Positions 49,121 to 58,950 of a stretch of 64,000 bases of DNA are shown here, piece by piece (the stretch's first letter is position 1; each line of letters opens with the position of its first letter). The stretch lies in NCBI GenBank assembly GCA_963677495.2, contig CAXXOU010000001.1, positions 64,001 to 128,000 on the forward strand. The letters run 5' to 3'. This DNA is from Candidatus Cloacimonadales bacterium. GTDB lineage: Bacteria; Cloacimonadota; Cloacimonadia; Cloacimonadales; JAFGVF01. Under the pieces are notes generated by a model, which was not told the origin of the DNA, searched no databases, and was given only the letters and a program-made list of their open reading frames with translations. The position numbers and the translations under genes are program-made.

Positions 49121-49410
49121 ACTTATAACATTTATGGAGTGCACCATCTGCGTTGGTGCGTCTTGTCACGAATTTGATTATAGCCAATTTTCGCTATTCC
49201 CCCATCTCCCTTCGGTCGCTATTGCGACAGCTTTAGAAATACATACACAGTGCCTTTTGCAATCACTTACAACTATGGAGTGCACCATCTGCGTTGGTGC
49301 GTCTTGTCACGAATTTGATTATAGCCAATTTTCGCAATTCGCCCATCTCCCTTCGGTCACTATTGCGATAGCTTTAGAAATACATATACAGTGCAGTTTT
49401 CAATGACTTA
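49121..49410 (+). repeat. Tandem direct repeat, 2 x 141 bp, carrying a REP-like hairpin
   Basis: TATGGAGTGCACCATCTGCGTTGGTGCGTCTTGTCACGAATTTGATTATAGCC at 49133 and 49274; hairpin GCACCA-tctgcgt-TGGTGC. Confidence 0.92.
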
Positions 49411-49459
49411 GATATATTTATTACCCTTTTTACTCTCTTTTACTGCTCTATTCACCATC

Positions 49460-49553
49460 GCACTGTGTACGCACTGTGTCCCCACTGTGAAGGCACTGCT
49501 AACCCACTGTTTCACTGGGTGCACAGTGCGTGCACAGTGGGAAAACAGTGGGA
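49460..49553. repeat. 11-bp periodic CACTGT repeats followed by inverted ACAGTG repeats
   Basis: gcactgtgtac/gcactgtgtcc/ccactgtgaag/gcactgctaac/ccactgtttca, then gcacagtgcgt/gcacagtggga/aaacagtggga. Confidence 0.8.
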
Positions 49554-49759
49554 TGACTGCGTTTTGGTGAAGAGTTTATTAAAAGTTTGCAATATCGCAA
49601 AAGAAGTGCAAGATGATTCAGAGTAATGTCTAAGATTCGAAGTACTTAAATTATTCCCTTGACATAAGAAATAGTAATGTTCTATTTAACATGTAATGTA
49701 GATACGACTTCTATACTATAGGAGTCATACCTACATTTCAGAAATGAAATGGAGGAATC

Positions 49760-52033
49760 ATGAAGAAAATTCTATTCCTGATAGCCATAGTGCTATCTCT
49801 TTCACCTATCCTTGCTGATGGTATTGCTCCATCCGGCACCGGGACACCAACTGACCCATACCTAATCGAATCACTTGATAACCTACTTTGGTTAAGTACT
49901 ACAGACTCTGTATGGGATGATAATGCATACTTCCAACAAACTTGTGATATTGATGCTTATGAGACGAGATACTGGAATGATGGTGCTGGTTTTAGGCCTA
50001 TTGGTCTACCTTTTTATCCAAATACTCATGATAGCTTTCATGGGAATTATAATGGTGATAATAATGCTATTGAAAATCTTTATATCAACAGACCTACAAC
50101 TGATGAAGTTGGTTTTTTCTCTCATACCACAAGGTCTGTTAAGAACATTAAACTCACGAATTGCAATGTTAAAGGAAACCAATTTGTAGGAGGAGTCACT
50201 GGAATTTTAGAATGCAATGTTGAAAATATTTATGTTTCGGGGGAAGTATATGGATATACAGGAGTTGGTGGAGTATTTGGAGCGCACTTATTCAATTGTA
50301 TTAATATAGAAAGCATAGTTTTCGTGGGAAATGTAATTGGGCATGATCATGTTGGCGGTATTATTGGTGCTCAAGGGCATCCAGCCAATAGAATGACGAA
50401 TCTAAGAAGCTCAGGATTTATTCATGGTGAAGAATATATCGGTGGAATAGCCGGTATGTGCAATGGAAATATAATGAAAGATATGGAGTCTATGTGTACT
50501 ATTGAAGGTTCTAAGGCTATTGGTGGATTGTTTGGGAGATTGAAAGCAAATGCAATAAATAATTGTTATTACAATTATGATAACATTTTGGTTAATGGTT
50601 CTCCACATTACAGCTTTGGTGCTTTACCTAATGATATATATCAAACCTGGATTCAAAATAATCGTCAATTGGATATTGATGACTACTTAAGCTTTGATGG
50701 ACAGGATTATTTGATTAATAATGCGGAAGATATTCGGTATATGGCCATGTTTGGAGCTAATATCAAATCATATAAAGTATGTAACAATATTGATTTATCG
50801 CAAGAGGAGAACCTATTTATACCCTACTTTAATGGAATAATTAAAGGACAAGGTATGACAATAACAGGGCTGAATGTTTCTAATCCTTATGGTTATAGTA
50901 CTGGTTTTATTGGCAAAGCAAGTCAAGTGGTTATTCTTGATCTGAACATTGAAAATGCAAGCATTGAGGGTGGTGATTACGTTGGTATTATGATTGGGGT
51001 ATCAAGTTTTGGATGGTTACAGAACATCAAATGTTCAGGAACTGTTAGTGGTGCTGAAAACGTTGGAGGTATATGCGGATTCTTTAGCAGAACAATGCAT
51101 AATTGTGAAGTTTCAGGTATAGTTGCAGGAGAGAAAAACGTTGGTGGAATGATTGGTTATAGCTTTTTCCCACATATTGATAAATGTCAAAGTTTATGCG
51201 ATGTTGCCGGTGAAAAAAACATAGGTGGTTTTGTTGGATATGTGAATCAAACTAACCGGTTTGAATATTGTTGTGCAGTTGGAAATATTACAGGAGTAGA
51301 TAATGTAGGAGGGTTTGTAGGGCAATGTGACGGATGGGTTGCAAATAGTTACTTTGTAGGAGATGTGATTGGGGATAACTGTGTTGGAGGTTTCGTAGGT
51401 GAAGCAATACATGGTGTTTATGATAGCTACTCTTCTGGATCAGTTTCTGGACAACTCAATGTGGGTGCTTTTGCAGGAAAAGCTTATAGGCTTAGAAATT
51501 GTGTTTGGAATAGTGATGAAGCAAATTGTGATGTTGGAATTGGTTCCGAATATCTAGGTAACTTAGTTGGTTTGAATAATCAGGAATTTAGAGATATTGC
51601 AAGCTTTGAAGCCATTAGATGGAATATAACTGAAGATGAGGGGAACATAGATCCCGGCATTTGGACAATAGATGCATCTGTAAATGATGGCTTCCCATAT
51701 CTTTCCTGGCAGGATTTCTCGACCACTGGATTAGATGAGTCAGACGAAGACGTATACAAACTGCAGACAAGTCTTGGTAGGGCTTACCCAAATCCATTTA
51801 ACCCAAGAACAAGCATAGGATTTCATATTAAACAGGGAGAAGTAGGTGAGATGATTATATACAATGTTAGAGGAGAGCTGGTTACTAAGTTTAAAGATTT
51901 GAAACCCGGGAAGCAATCAATTGAGTGGAATGGAGAAGATAGGAATGGTAAGCGAGTAGCATCAGGAGTATACTTCTATAACTTAAAAACTGAATCAGTA
52001 AATGTATCAGGAAAGATGATTTTATTGAAATAG
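49760..52033 (+). CDS. Secreted GLUG-repeat protein with C-terminal FlgD-Ig/T9SS-like domain; paralog of 17572-19743
   Basis: ADGIAPSGTGTPTDPYLIESLDNLLWLST; many VGGFVG repeats; AYPNPFNP...WNGED...VASGVYFY. Confidence 0.85.
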   Translation: MKKILFLIAIVLSLSPILADGIAPSGTGTPTDPYLIESLDNLLWLSTTDSVWDDNAYFQQTCDIDAYETRYWNDGAGFRPIGLPFYPNTHDSFHGNYNGDNNAIENLYINRPTTDEVGFFSHTTRSVKNIKLTNCNVKGNQFVGGVTGILECNVENIYVSGEVYGYTGVGGVFGAHLFNCINIESIVFVGNVIGHDHVGGIIGAQGHPANRMTNLRSSGFIHGEEYIGGIAGMCNGNIMKDMESMCTIEGSKAIGGLFGRLKANAINNCYYNYDNILVNGSPHYSFGALPNDIYQTWIQNNRQLDIDDYLSFDGQDYLINNAEDIRYMAMFGANIKSYKVCNNIDLSQEENLFIPYFNGIIKGQGMTITGLNVSNPYGYSTGFIGKASQVVILDLNIENASIEGGDYVGIMIGVSSFGWLQNIKCSGTVSGAENVGGICGFFSRTMHNCEVSGIVAGEKNVGGMIGYSFFPHIDKCQSLCDVAGEKNIGGFVGYVNQTNRFEYCCAVGNITGVDNVGGFVGQCDGWVANSYFVGDVIGDNCVGGFVGEAIHGVYDSYSSGSVSGQLNVGAFAGKAYRLRNCVWNSDEANCDVGIGSEYLGNLVGLNNQEFRDIASFEAIRWNITEDEGNIDPGIWTIDASVNDGFPYLSWQDFSTTGLDESDEDVYKLQTSLGRAYPNPFNPRTSIGFHIKQGEVGEMIIYNVRGELVTKFKDLKPGKQSIEWNGEDRNGKRVASGVYFYNLKTESVNVSGKMILLK

Positions 52034-52036
52034 AGA

Positions 52037-52059
52037 AAGGCTACCACAAAGGTAGCCTT
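52037..52059. terminator. Terminator between convergent genes
   Basis: AAGGCTACC-acaaa-GGTAGCCTT. Confidence 0.7.
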
Positions 52060-52084
52060 CAATAACAATGTATCGGGTAAGAAA

Positions 52085-52435
52085 CTACTCAGTCTCTTCG
52101 AGATATTCCTCTTCATCTTCTTCGTTTAAGACTTGTTCGAAAGTATCCACAACTTTCTTGAACTCATCTTCATCAGTGATATTGTCGAGTTGAATTGAAT
52201 CATCTTGTTCTTCATACTGGTAAACCCAGAAAGTTTCACTTTCTTCTGGAAGAACAGCAATATAATCCTTTCCTTCAATCTCAATTGTGCCTAAGACTTC
52301 ACAACTAACTGTAGAACCGTCTTCGAGTTCCATATCGATGAATAAACTATCATCCATCACATCTTCGTGTTTGTGGTCATGGTCATGTCCACAATCACCA
52401 CCGCATTGGCAATCATGCTTCTTATCTTCAGTCAT
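52085..52435 (-). CDS. DUF1292 family acidic protein with N-terminal Cys/His-rich tail (start revised to MTEDKK)
   Basis: CQCGGDCGHDHDHKH; LEDG...CEVLGTIEIEGKDYIAVLP...LDNITDEDEF; GGAGG RBS. Confidence 0.82.
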   Translation of the reverse strand: MTEDKKHDCQCGGDCGHDHDHKHEDVMDDSLFIDMELEDGSTVSCEVLGTIEIEGKDYIAVLPEESETFWVYQYEEQDDSIQLDNITDEDEFKKVVDTFEQVLNEEDEEEYLEETE

Positions 52436-52531
52436 ATTGACCTCCAAAATAGTAATAAAGGCAGGATAAATCATATCAGTGAGAAGGCAAGCAAATAATT
52501 AAGAAAAGATTACCTTTCTGCAACAAAAAGT

Positions 52532-52560
52532 TTGACACCCTATATATACTCCTATAGAAT
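52532..52560 (+). promoter_or_regulatory. Sigma70-type promoter
   Basis: TTGACA-17 bp-TAGAAT, 20 nt upstream of the ATG at 52581. Confidence 0.65.
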
Positions 52561-52580
52561 CAGTATGATTAGGAGCGTAA

Positions 52581-53369
52581 ATGAAAAGAGCAGACAAACA
52601 TTGGGAAACGTATGGAAAGGAAGATCCATATTACTGGGTTACTACACAAGAGAAGTTTAAAGGTGATATAAGTGAATCGGAAAAACTTGATACATTCTTC
52701 AACGAAGCTGATCAGTATAGAGAGAAACTTTTTCAGATAATCAGAAATCGACTAGATAAGAATTTTAATCCAAAGAGGGTTTTGGATTATGGGTGTGGTG
52801 TTGGTAGAATTCTAATACCTATGGCAAAGCACTGTGAAGAAGCTGTTGGAACTGACATATCGCAACCAATGCTGGACAAGGCAGAGTTACATGCTGAAGA
52901 GCTTGGATATAAACACGTTAAACTTGCTCTGAGTGATGATTCTCTATCAAGAATTGAAGGTAAGTTTGATTTCATTCATTCGATCTATGTTTTCCAGCAT
53001 ATACCGATTCAGCGAGGGATGATTATTTTAGAAAGATTGTTAAGAAGATTGAATCCTGGTGGGGTGGCGATGATTCAGATGACATATTCAAATGACATGA
53101 GTAAACATAGACAGTTTCTTGACTGGATGAAGATGAACTTTCCACTTTTTCTTGAGCTCAACAACTTAATTCATTTGAGGAAGCCGGATACTCCCATTAT
53201 GGAAATGCATAATTATCCTATGAATAGGGTTGAAGAGTTACTGCATAAAATGGATATTGCTCATAAATATACCAGATATACTAAGGATGGACCTTTTAGG
53301 GGAGTTATGTTGTTTATACAGGTTTCAAGTAATGAGGAACAATATGTTACTCTGCCGGAGATTCCTTAA
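52581..53369 (+). CDS. Class I SAM-dependent methyltransferase
   Basis: VLDYGCGVGR, GTDIS..ML, FDFIHSIYVFQHIP and LNPGG motifs. Confidence 0.92.
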   Translation: MKRADKHWETYGKEDPYYWVTTQEKFKGDISESEKLDTFFNEADQYREKLFQIIRNRLDKNFNPKRVLDYGCGVGRILIPMAKHCEEAVGTDISQPMLDKAELHAEELGYKHVKLALSDDSLSRIEGKFDFIHSIYVFQHIPIQRGMIILERLLRRLNPGGVAMIQMTYSNDMSKHRQFLDWMKMNFPLFLELNNLIHLRKPDTPIMEMHNYPMNRVEELLHKMDIAHKYTRYTKDGPFRGVMLFIQVSSNEEQYVTLPEIP

Positions 53370-53808
53370 TTGATTTAACTTGGTTCAAAGTATTAATGTA
53401 GTGAGTACCTTTCCAGTAGTACTTACCGCAATGACGGCAATACTTATACTCATCATAGTTCTCAAGAACTTTAGAAGGTAGTTTAATAGCAATCCTCTCT
53501 TTTGAGATTGAGTAGAGATTATGATTACACTCTGAGCAGATTGTGAATGCGTTGTCAGCATTAAGATTAAGTTGTTTTACAATAGACATAAACTGCTCTT
53601 GAGGATCTGAGCTGTGAATGAGAATTCTCTCAAATTGACGCTTATCATTGAACAACTTTTTACTTCTAGTTAGAGCAATTCGATGCTCTTTTATTGCAAC
53701 TCTAACTAAAGTATGTGAACTCAAACTCCGGTTAACGGTAGAGTTATAACCGATAAACCGGAGCTTTTTGGCCAATTTATTGAGTTCTGAGGTGAGGATA
53801 AATTTCAT
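53347..53808 (-). CDS. Mut7-C RNase (PIN-like) domain protein with zinc ribbon
   Basis: LAKKLRFIGY, RIALTRSKKL, CSECN and C..CGKYYWKGTH motifs. Confidence 0.88.
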   Translation of the reverse strand: MKFILTSELNKLAKKLRFIGYNSTVNRSLSSHTLVRVAIKEHRIALTRSKKLFNDKRQFERILIHSSDPQEQFMSIVKQLNLNADNAFTICSECNHNLYSISKERIAIKLPSKVLENYDEYKYCRHCGKYYWKGTHYINTLNQVKSIKESPAE

Positions 53809-54491
53809 TAATTCCTGTTTCCACGCAGGATAATCAATCTGATAAGTTGTACAAGAGCCATAAGAGTCGATGCTACATAAGTGAGTGCAGCAGAATTAAG
53901 AATCTTACGTGCTCCCGGCATCTCATCAGGTTCGATGATTTTACCATACTCCAGTTCAGCATAAGCTCGTTTTGATGCATTGAATTCCACAGGTAGCGTC
54001 ACAAGATGAAAAAGTAGAGCTGCTGCAAATAGTACAATTCCAATATCCATTAATGGTCCAATACTAAAAAGAAAACCAGCTAGGAAAAGCGGAAAAGCTC
54101 CTTTTGAGCCTATGTTTGCTATCGGCAATATCTGTGCTCGAATAGTAAGAGGAGCATAATTGTCTGCATGTTGAAGAGCATGTCCACATTCATGTGCAGC
54201 AATAGTAATAGCTGAGACAGAGGGTTGCGAATAGTTATGCTCAGAGAGTCTCACTGTTTGGGTACGAGGGTCATAATGATCAGTTAGTTCACCTTTTACA
54301 GCTTCTATCTGAACATCATTTAATCCATTATCGTCAAGAATTTTACGAGCAGCTTCTGCTCCTGTTAACCCGTTATAATTTCTAACTTTTGCAAACTTTC
54401 TATAGTTGGATACAACCTGGCGCTGGACTACCATAGCCAAGATGAAAACCGGTATAATCAGCATAAATGTAGGATCACCGAATAGATACAT
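53808..54491 (-). CDS. Membrane zinc metallopeptidase (YugP/Zn_peptidase_2 family)
   Basis: LTDHYDP, AAHECGHALQ, TLPVEFNASKRA and AALTYVA motifs. Confidence 0.93.
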   Translation of the reverse strand: MYLFGDPTFMLIIPVFILAMVVQRQVVSNYRKFAKVRNYNGLTGAEAARKILDDNGLNDVQIEAVKGELTDHYDPRTQTVRLSEHNYSQPSVSAITIAAHECGHALQHADNYAPLTIRAQILPIANIGSKGAFPLFLAGFLFSIGPLMDIGIVLFAAALLFHLVTLPVEFNASKRAYAELEYGKIIEPDEMPGARKILNSAALTYVASTLMALVQLIRLIILRGNRN

Positions 54492-54563
54492 ATACGACTC
54501 CTTTTATTAATTTACAACTGATATAATCCGCTTATTCTGTAAAGTTACAAAAGGTGTTATCTG

Positions 54564-55016
54564 TTATTTAACAAGTTCAGAACCGAAATTTCTGCACTTT
54601 TCCAGATCCCCTCTTGTTACGGGATACCCTTTCCAAATAGATAGAAAACCTCCGGCTTGCATTACAGGGCCATGAACAAAATCAACACACCCTTTTTCCA
54701 TTGAGAGAAACTCAACTTCTTTGACTGCCTTATGTCCACCTGAACCACCCATAACAGCAAAGGATGCACACATTTTATCGCTTAGATCCTTATCTTGAAT
54801 CTTGTGAATAAAAGATTTAATAGGTCCGCAAGCTCCACCAAACCAAGTTGGTGTTCCAAAAATTATTATCTCGAAATCCTTTAGTTTTGAATGATTACAT
54901 TCTTTAACAGGAACTACTTCAATTGCGTGCCCTGCATATCGAACACCTTCTTCGATAGCTTTGGCTGCTTCAAGGGTATGTCCTGATTTTGTATGGTAAA
55001 CAAGCAGGACTTTCAT
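54564..55016 (-). CDS. Flavodoxin-domain protein
   Basis: VYHTKSGHT and IIFGTPTWFG motifs. Confidence 0.85.
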   Translation of the reverse strand: MKVLLVYHTKSGHTLEAAKAIEEGVRYAGHAIEVVPVKECNHSKLKDFEIIIFGTPTWFGGACGPIKSFIHKIQDKDLSDKMCASFAVMGGSGGHKAVKEVEFLSMEKGCVDFVHGPVMQAGGFLSIWKGYPVTRGDLEKCRNFGSELVK

Positions 55017-55030
55017 AGATACTCCTTTAC

Positions 55031-55906
55031 TTAAATAAGATTTAACCTCTTAAGGCAGTTTTGGAGAATAACCCTGTTTGACTTTTGAAGTGGATACATA
55101 GGAAGTCTAAATTCCAAGTCGATCATACCCATCATGACAAGAGCTTCTTTTACAGGGATTGGATTAGTTTCGATAAACATTCTTCTGTTTATCTCCATTA
55201 ATTCCTCATGGAGATTCTTTGCTTTTGAATACTCCCCTTTCAATGAAAGAGAGACTAATTGATGAACTTTCGCAGGTAATATATTTGCTGTTACTGAGAT
55301 GCAACCCTTACCACCTATTGCCATTGTAGGCATCACTAATGGATCTTCACCAGACATAAGTGAGAAACCTTCCGGGGCATCACGTATAATCTCAGTTGCT
55401 TGAATCAAATCACCTGAAGCTTCTTTAATACCAACTATATTTTCGCAATCCCGAGCTAAAGCAACTGTGGTTGCTGAACTGATGTTTACACCTGTTCTAC
55501 CGGGAACATTATATATAACTATAGAACCTTTAACCTGCTCTGAAACAGCTTTAAAGAACTCATACATTCCTTGCTGAGTTGGTTTTATATAGTATGGTGT
55601 TATAACTAAAGCATAGTCAGCACCTAGATCAAAAGCTTTTCTTGTATTGGATATTGTCTGTTTTAAGTTATAGCTTCCTGTGCCTACCATGATTGGCACT
55701 TTACCTTTAAGTCTTTGAATTGCAAAACGTAGTAAGCTTTCCTTTTCATCACTTGCTAAAGCTGTAGCCTCTCCGGTTGTTCCAAGAAGAAGTATTCCGT
55801 CTGTCTGATTGTCTAAATGAAACTGTAGAAGTCTTTCCAGACTATTGTAATCTATCTCACCATTTTTAAATGGAGTTACGAGCGCAACATACGAACCTTG
55901 TAGCAT
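55031..55906 (-). CDS. dapA: 4-hydroxy-tetrahydrodipicolinate synthase
   Basis: ALVTPF, GTTGE, YNVPGRTG, GIKEASG and ETNPIPVK motifs. Confidence 0.96.
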   Translation of the reverse strand: MLQGSYVALVTPFKNGEIDYNSLERLLQFHLDNQTDGILLLGTTGEATALASDEKESLLRFAIQRLKGKVPIMVGTGSYNLKQTISNTRKAFDLGADYALVITPYYIKPTQQGMYEFFKAVSEQVKGSIVIYNVPGRTGVNISSATTVALARDCENIVGIKEASGDLIQATEIIRDAPEGFSLMSGEDPLVMPTMAIGGKGCISVTANILPAKVHQLVSLSLKGEYSKAKNLHEELMEINRRMFIETNPIPVKEALVMMGMIDLEFRLPMYPLQKSNRVILQNCLKRLNLI

Positions 55907-55924
55907 TTCTAAATCCCTTATTAT

Positions 55925-57850
55925 TTAGTTTACTTTTCGCTCCTCTGCTTTCACTAGAAGCATTTCAATTATGAAAAGAATTAAAACTATGACAAGTAAT
56001 ATTTTCCATAACTCAAATCCATACCGGGCACGGAAGATAGTTTTCTTCCAATTGCTTCCCACTACTTCACTTCCTGATATTGTTGAAAAATCTCCTTGTT
56101 TATAGCTACTCTCCAAGTTTTCTAAGTTCACGGCGTAGATACTTTTAGAACCTTTATTATCGACATGATAGATCCCAGGTTTAGGGGGTGTAAAGTTTCT
56201 ATTTGATGGAGTAATAACATTATTATCCGGCAATATTATCTGTTCAGCATAAAAACCTGAACCCAGCGTTAGGTTGAAGTTCTTAATGTCCTTATTCGAG
56301 AGGTCTGTTAATAATTTATACATTATTACAGGCCAGTTGCTATCTAGAAAAAAATTGTTTCGCATACTGGTCAAATCAAGATTGAGAACCCAATTAGGTC
56401 TGGGATTAACCAATATGGGTGAATCATCAACTGAGATTACTGACGAATTATCATTAGTACTACTGGATCTCCAAAAATCTCTCATTCTTAAATCTTTTAA
56501 AGCTCTTTCAGCAGAGAGATTAAGTAGTTGATGATGCTTGTTAAAATAACTAATTCTATGTTCTTCATCAGAATATTCTTGAATACTCATTCCTAAGTAG
56601 CTATGATAGAACTCTTTTATCTCGTTAGGAATCTCTTTTCCGGCACAAAACAAAATACCTTTTCCTAACTCATTATACTTCCTAAACACAGTTTCTAATC
56701 GTGTATCAATACTCATTAAGCCATATACAACTAGAAAGTCATATTTGCTAACAATATCAAAGTTGAGGTTTTTCGAGTTTAGATACTTAAGATTAGTAGC
56801 GTCTGAAGTATACAGTTCTAACACAGATTTGAGCACTATAGGGATATCCTGCTCTTCAGAAATAATAGCAACTTCAGGTTTGGTGTTATATGGGAAGCTG
56901 AAGTATTTTCTGTTATCAATCGTAAGTAGTTCATCTTGAACTTCAACATAACCATTATACCAGCCACTTTTACCAAGCTCAAGTCTAAAGAAATCAGAAT
57001 TAGTCTCATGAGGTTTCAAATCAATGAATTTTTCTGCTGTAAGTTTATCATTCAAAACAAGTCGACAAAGTACATCTTTACGCTCTATCGCTGAATGGTT
57101 CTTAACTTTGAAATCTATTGTTCTCTCAAATTCTCGATTAATAATCCTAGCATCAATATTTGCAGAGACACAGCTAATATTGAGCCAAGAATCAATCTTT
57201 ATCGGAACAATTTGCAACGGAAATTTTGATTCAATTGGCAATTCTTGTTCCTGCATGTCTGTTATAAGGTAAACCTCTCTATTAGAAAGTTGGGCTTCCT
57301 TAAGTAGTTGTTCAGATATTTCAAAAGCTTCTTTCAAAGCAATTGGTGTTTCTGAGATATCAAGTGAAGAAATCAGTTCCTCATTTATTTCAGATTGGTT
57401 TACTGCATACAGGTTATTCCATTCTCTAGAAAGTGAGACAACTGATACTATATCTCTACTATTCAACATAGAGTTGATTTCACTAAGTATTTCAGTTGCT
57501 TTATTAAGGGATGATGTTTGCTCTGATAGATACTGCATACTCCAAGAAGTATCAATAATAATCGATATGGCAGTTGGAGGATGCTTCGTAGTATTTGATA
57601 GACCTTGAATCTTGAGGAATGGTCTTGAGATAGCCAGAATCGTTAGTAGTATGATAAGAATCCTAATAATCAGTAGAAGTATATTCTTAATATTAAGTTT
57701 CTTCTTCTGACTATCGTTACTCTGCTGGATAAACCTAATAGAAGAGAATACTACCTTTTTAGGTCGTTTCTTAGCAAACAAATAGATAAGCAGGGGTAGA
57801 ACCCCTGCTGCAAGAAATATTAATATACCTGTATTTAGGAATGAAAACAT
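55925..57850 (-). CDS. BatA N-terminal domain / vWA domain membrane protein
   Basis: MFSFLN...PLLIYLF.K...F.SIRF...LLL..RIL...ISRP; IDTSWSM MIDAS-like motif; C-terminal ELW..LL transmembrane helix. Confidence 0.85.
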   Translation of the reverse strand: MFSFLNTGILIFLAAGVLPLLIYLFAKKRPKKVVFSSIRFIQQSNDSQKKKLNIKNILLLIIRILIILLTILAISRPFLKIQGLSNTTKHPPTAISIIIDTSWSMQYLSEQTSSLNKATEILSEINSMLNSRDIVSVVSLSREWNNLYAVNQSEINEELISSLDISETPIALKEAFEISEQLLKEAQLSNREVYLITDMQEQELPIESKFPLQIVPIKIDSWLNISCVSANIDARIINREFERTIDFKVKNHSAIERKDVLCRLVLNDKLTAEKFIDLKPHETNSDFFRLELGKSGWYNGYVEVQDELLTIDNRKYFSFPYNTKPEVAIISEEQDIPIVLKSVLELYTSDATNLKYLNSKNLNFDIVSKYDFLVVYGLMSIDTRLETVFRKYNELGKGILFCAGKEIPNEIKEFYHSYLGMSIQEYSDEEHRISYFNKHHQLLNLSAERALKDLRMRDFWRSSSTNDNSSVISVDDSPILVNPRPNWVLNLDLTSMRNNFFLDSNWPVIMYKLLTDLSNKDIKNFNLTLGSGFYAEQIILPDNNVITPSNRNFTPPKPGIYHVDNKGSKSIYAVNLENLESSYKQGDFSTISGSEVVGSNWKKTIFRARYGFELWKILLVIVLILFIIEMLLVKAEERKVN

Positions 57851-57853
57851 GCT

Positions 57854-58936
57854 TTAGAAGCCAAGTGTTAGTGATACCAGATAGTCGTTACTTTCCCATT
57901 CAAATTCAGGACTTACAAGACCAAAATCTATCTTGATCCCACTCATATTATAACCAATACCCATTGTATAGTTAACAAGTTTTTCCTCTTCTCCCTCTGC
58001 ATTTACAACGTATTCCCAGAAGGTACCTACTCTCAATCCCATTGACTGTGGATTCTCTTCAGTTCCGGAAGTATAAGGAGTGAAATTCATTCCCATATGA
58101 TTTGTAAGTTTTACTTCCTCTTCAATTCTTCCCTTTAAAGTGTACATTAATTGGAGTTTCTGTAAGTCATATTGAGTTCCAACCGCCCAATTTCTAACAA
58201 GACGCTCATTATCGTAATGTTCCCAATAGAGCTCAGAGTATACATCGAGTAAACTTGCAGCCATAGTAATGCGACCAACTTTGTATATACCTCCAACATC
58301 TACAGAGAAACCCTTCACTTTCGAGTCTAGGAATGTGTTTTTATCTGTAGAATTGGGCTCATTATAAGTAATTTTATGCACAAGTCTACCAAAGAGATAT
58401 TTGACACCAAATCCCAAAGAACCGTTAGGTACTTTCTTATCAAGAAGCGCAAAAGATGTTTGGAATGCATCTAACTTGTAATCATAATATTCCTGCTTCC
58501 CTATAGATGTATTCTTATCAACAAAGTGAGATTCAGCCAAGATTTGATAACTGAAAGAGAATGTCTTTGCAGCTAAACCAACATAGCTCAATCTTGTTTC
58601 ATTTAAAAGATTACTGTATTCTATCATATCTTGAAAGTTCATTACTCTTTCAGAACTGCTTCGACCGGATACAGCGAGATACATCTTCTCATTCTTAAAG
58701 AGGAGAGCAGGGTTATCATAACCACCAAAGATGTCACTTCCGTTTGTAATATTGATTCCACCAAGTGACATAGCTACGGGTGAGACATGTGCATAAGGGG
58801 TATGATAATCAAATTCTTTAATAGGAAGCTTTGATGGTGTTGAGTGATAATTAGTAAATTGTGCGAATACTGTATTGCCAATAATAAGTAGCAATAATAA
58901 CATTAAATACGTTTTTTTCATATCTGTTTCCTTCAT
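57854..58936 (-). CDS. Outer-membrane beta-barrel of PorV/FadL-like type
   Basis: Signal peptide; AMSLGG...YDNPALL; ends in LVSLTLGF. Confidence 0.65.
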   Translation of the reverse strand: MKETDMKKTYLMLLLLLIIGNTVFAQFTNYHSTPSKLPIKEFDYHTPYAHVSPVAMSLGGINITNGSDIFGGYDNPALLFKNEKMYLAVSGRSSSERVMNFQDMIEYSNLLNETRLSYVGLAAKTFSFSYQILAESHFVDKNTSIGKQEYYDYKLDAFQTSFALLDKKVPNGSLGFGVKYLFGRLVHKITYNEPNSTDKNTFLDSKVKGFSVDVGGIYKVGRITMAASLLDVYSELYWEHYDNERLVRNWAVGTQYDLQKLQLMYTLKGRIEEEVKLTNHMGMNFTPYTSGTEENPQSMGLRVGTFWEYVVNAEGEEEKLVNYTMGIGYNMSGIKIDFGLVSPEFEWESNDYLVSLTLGF

Positions 58937-58950
58937 GGGTTTCCCATTCT

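Noticed and set aside
49134..49406. 90-aa ORF with a duplicated MECTICVGASC motif as a Cys-rich peptide precursor
   Set aside because: It is the translation of the 141-bp DNA repeat (a multiple of 3). It has no clear RBS, and the same DNA occurs inverted and interrupted at 35388-35726.
49121..49553. CRISPR array
   Set aside because: Whole units are duplicated with no unique spacers, and there are no cas genes.
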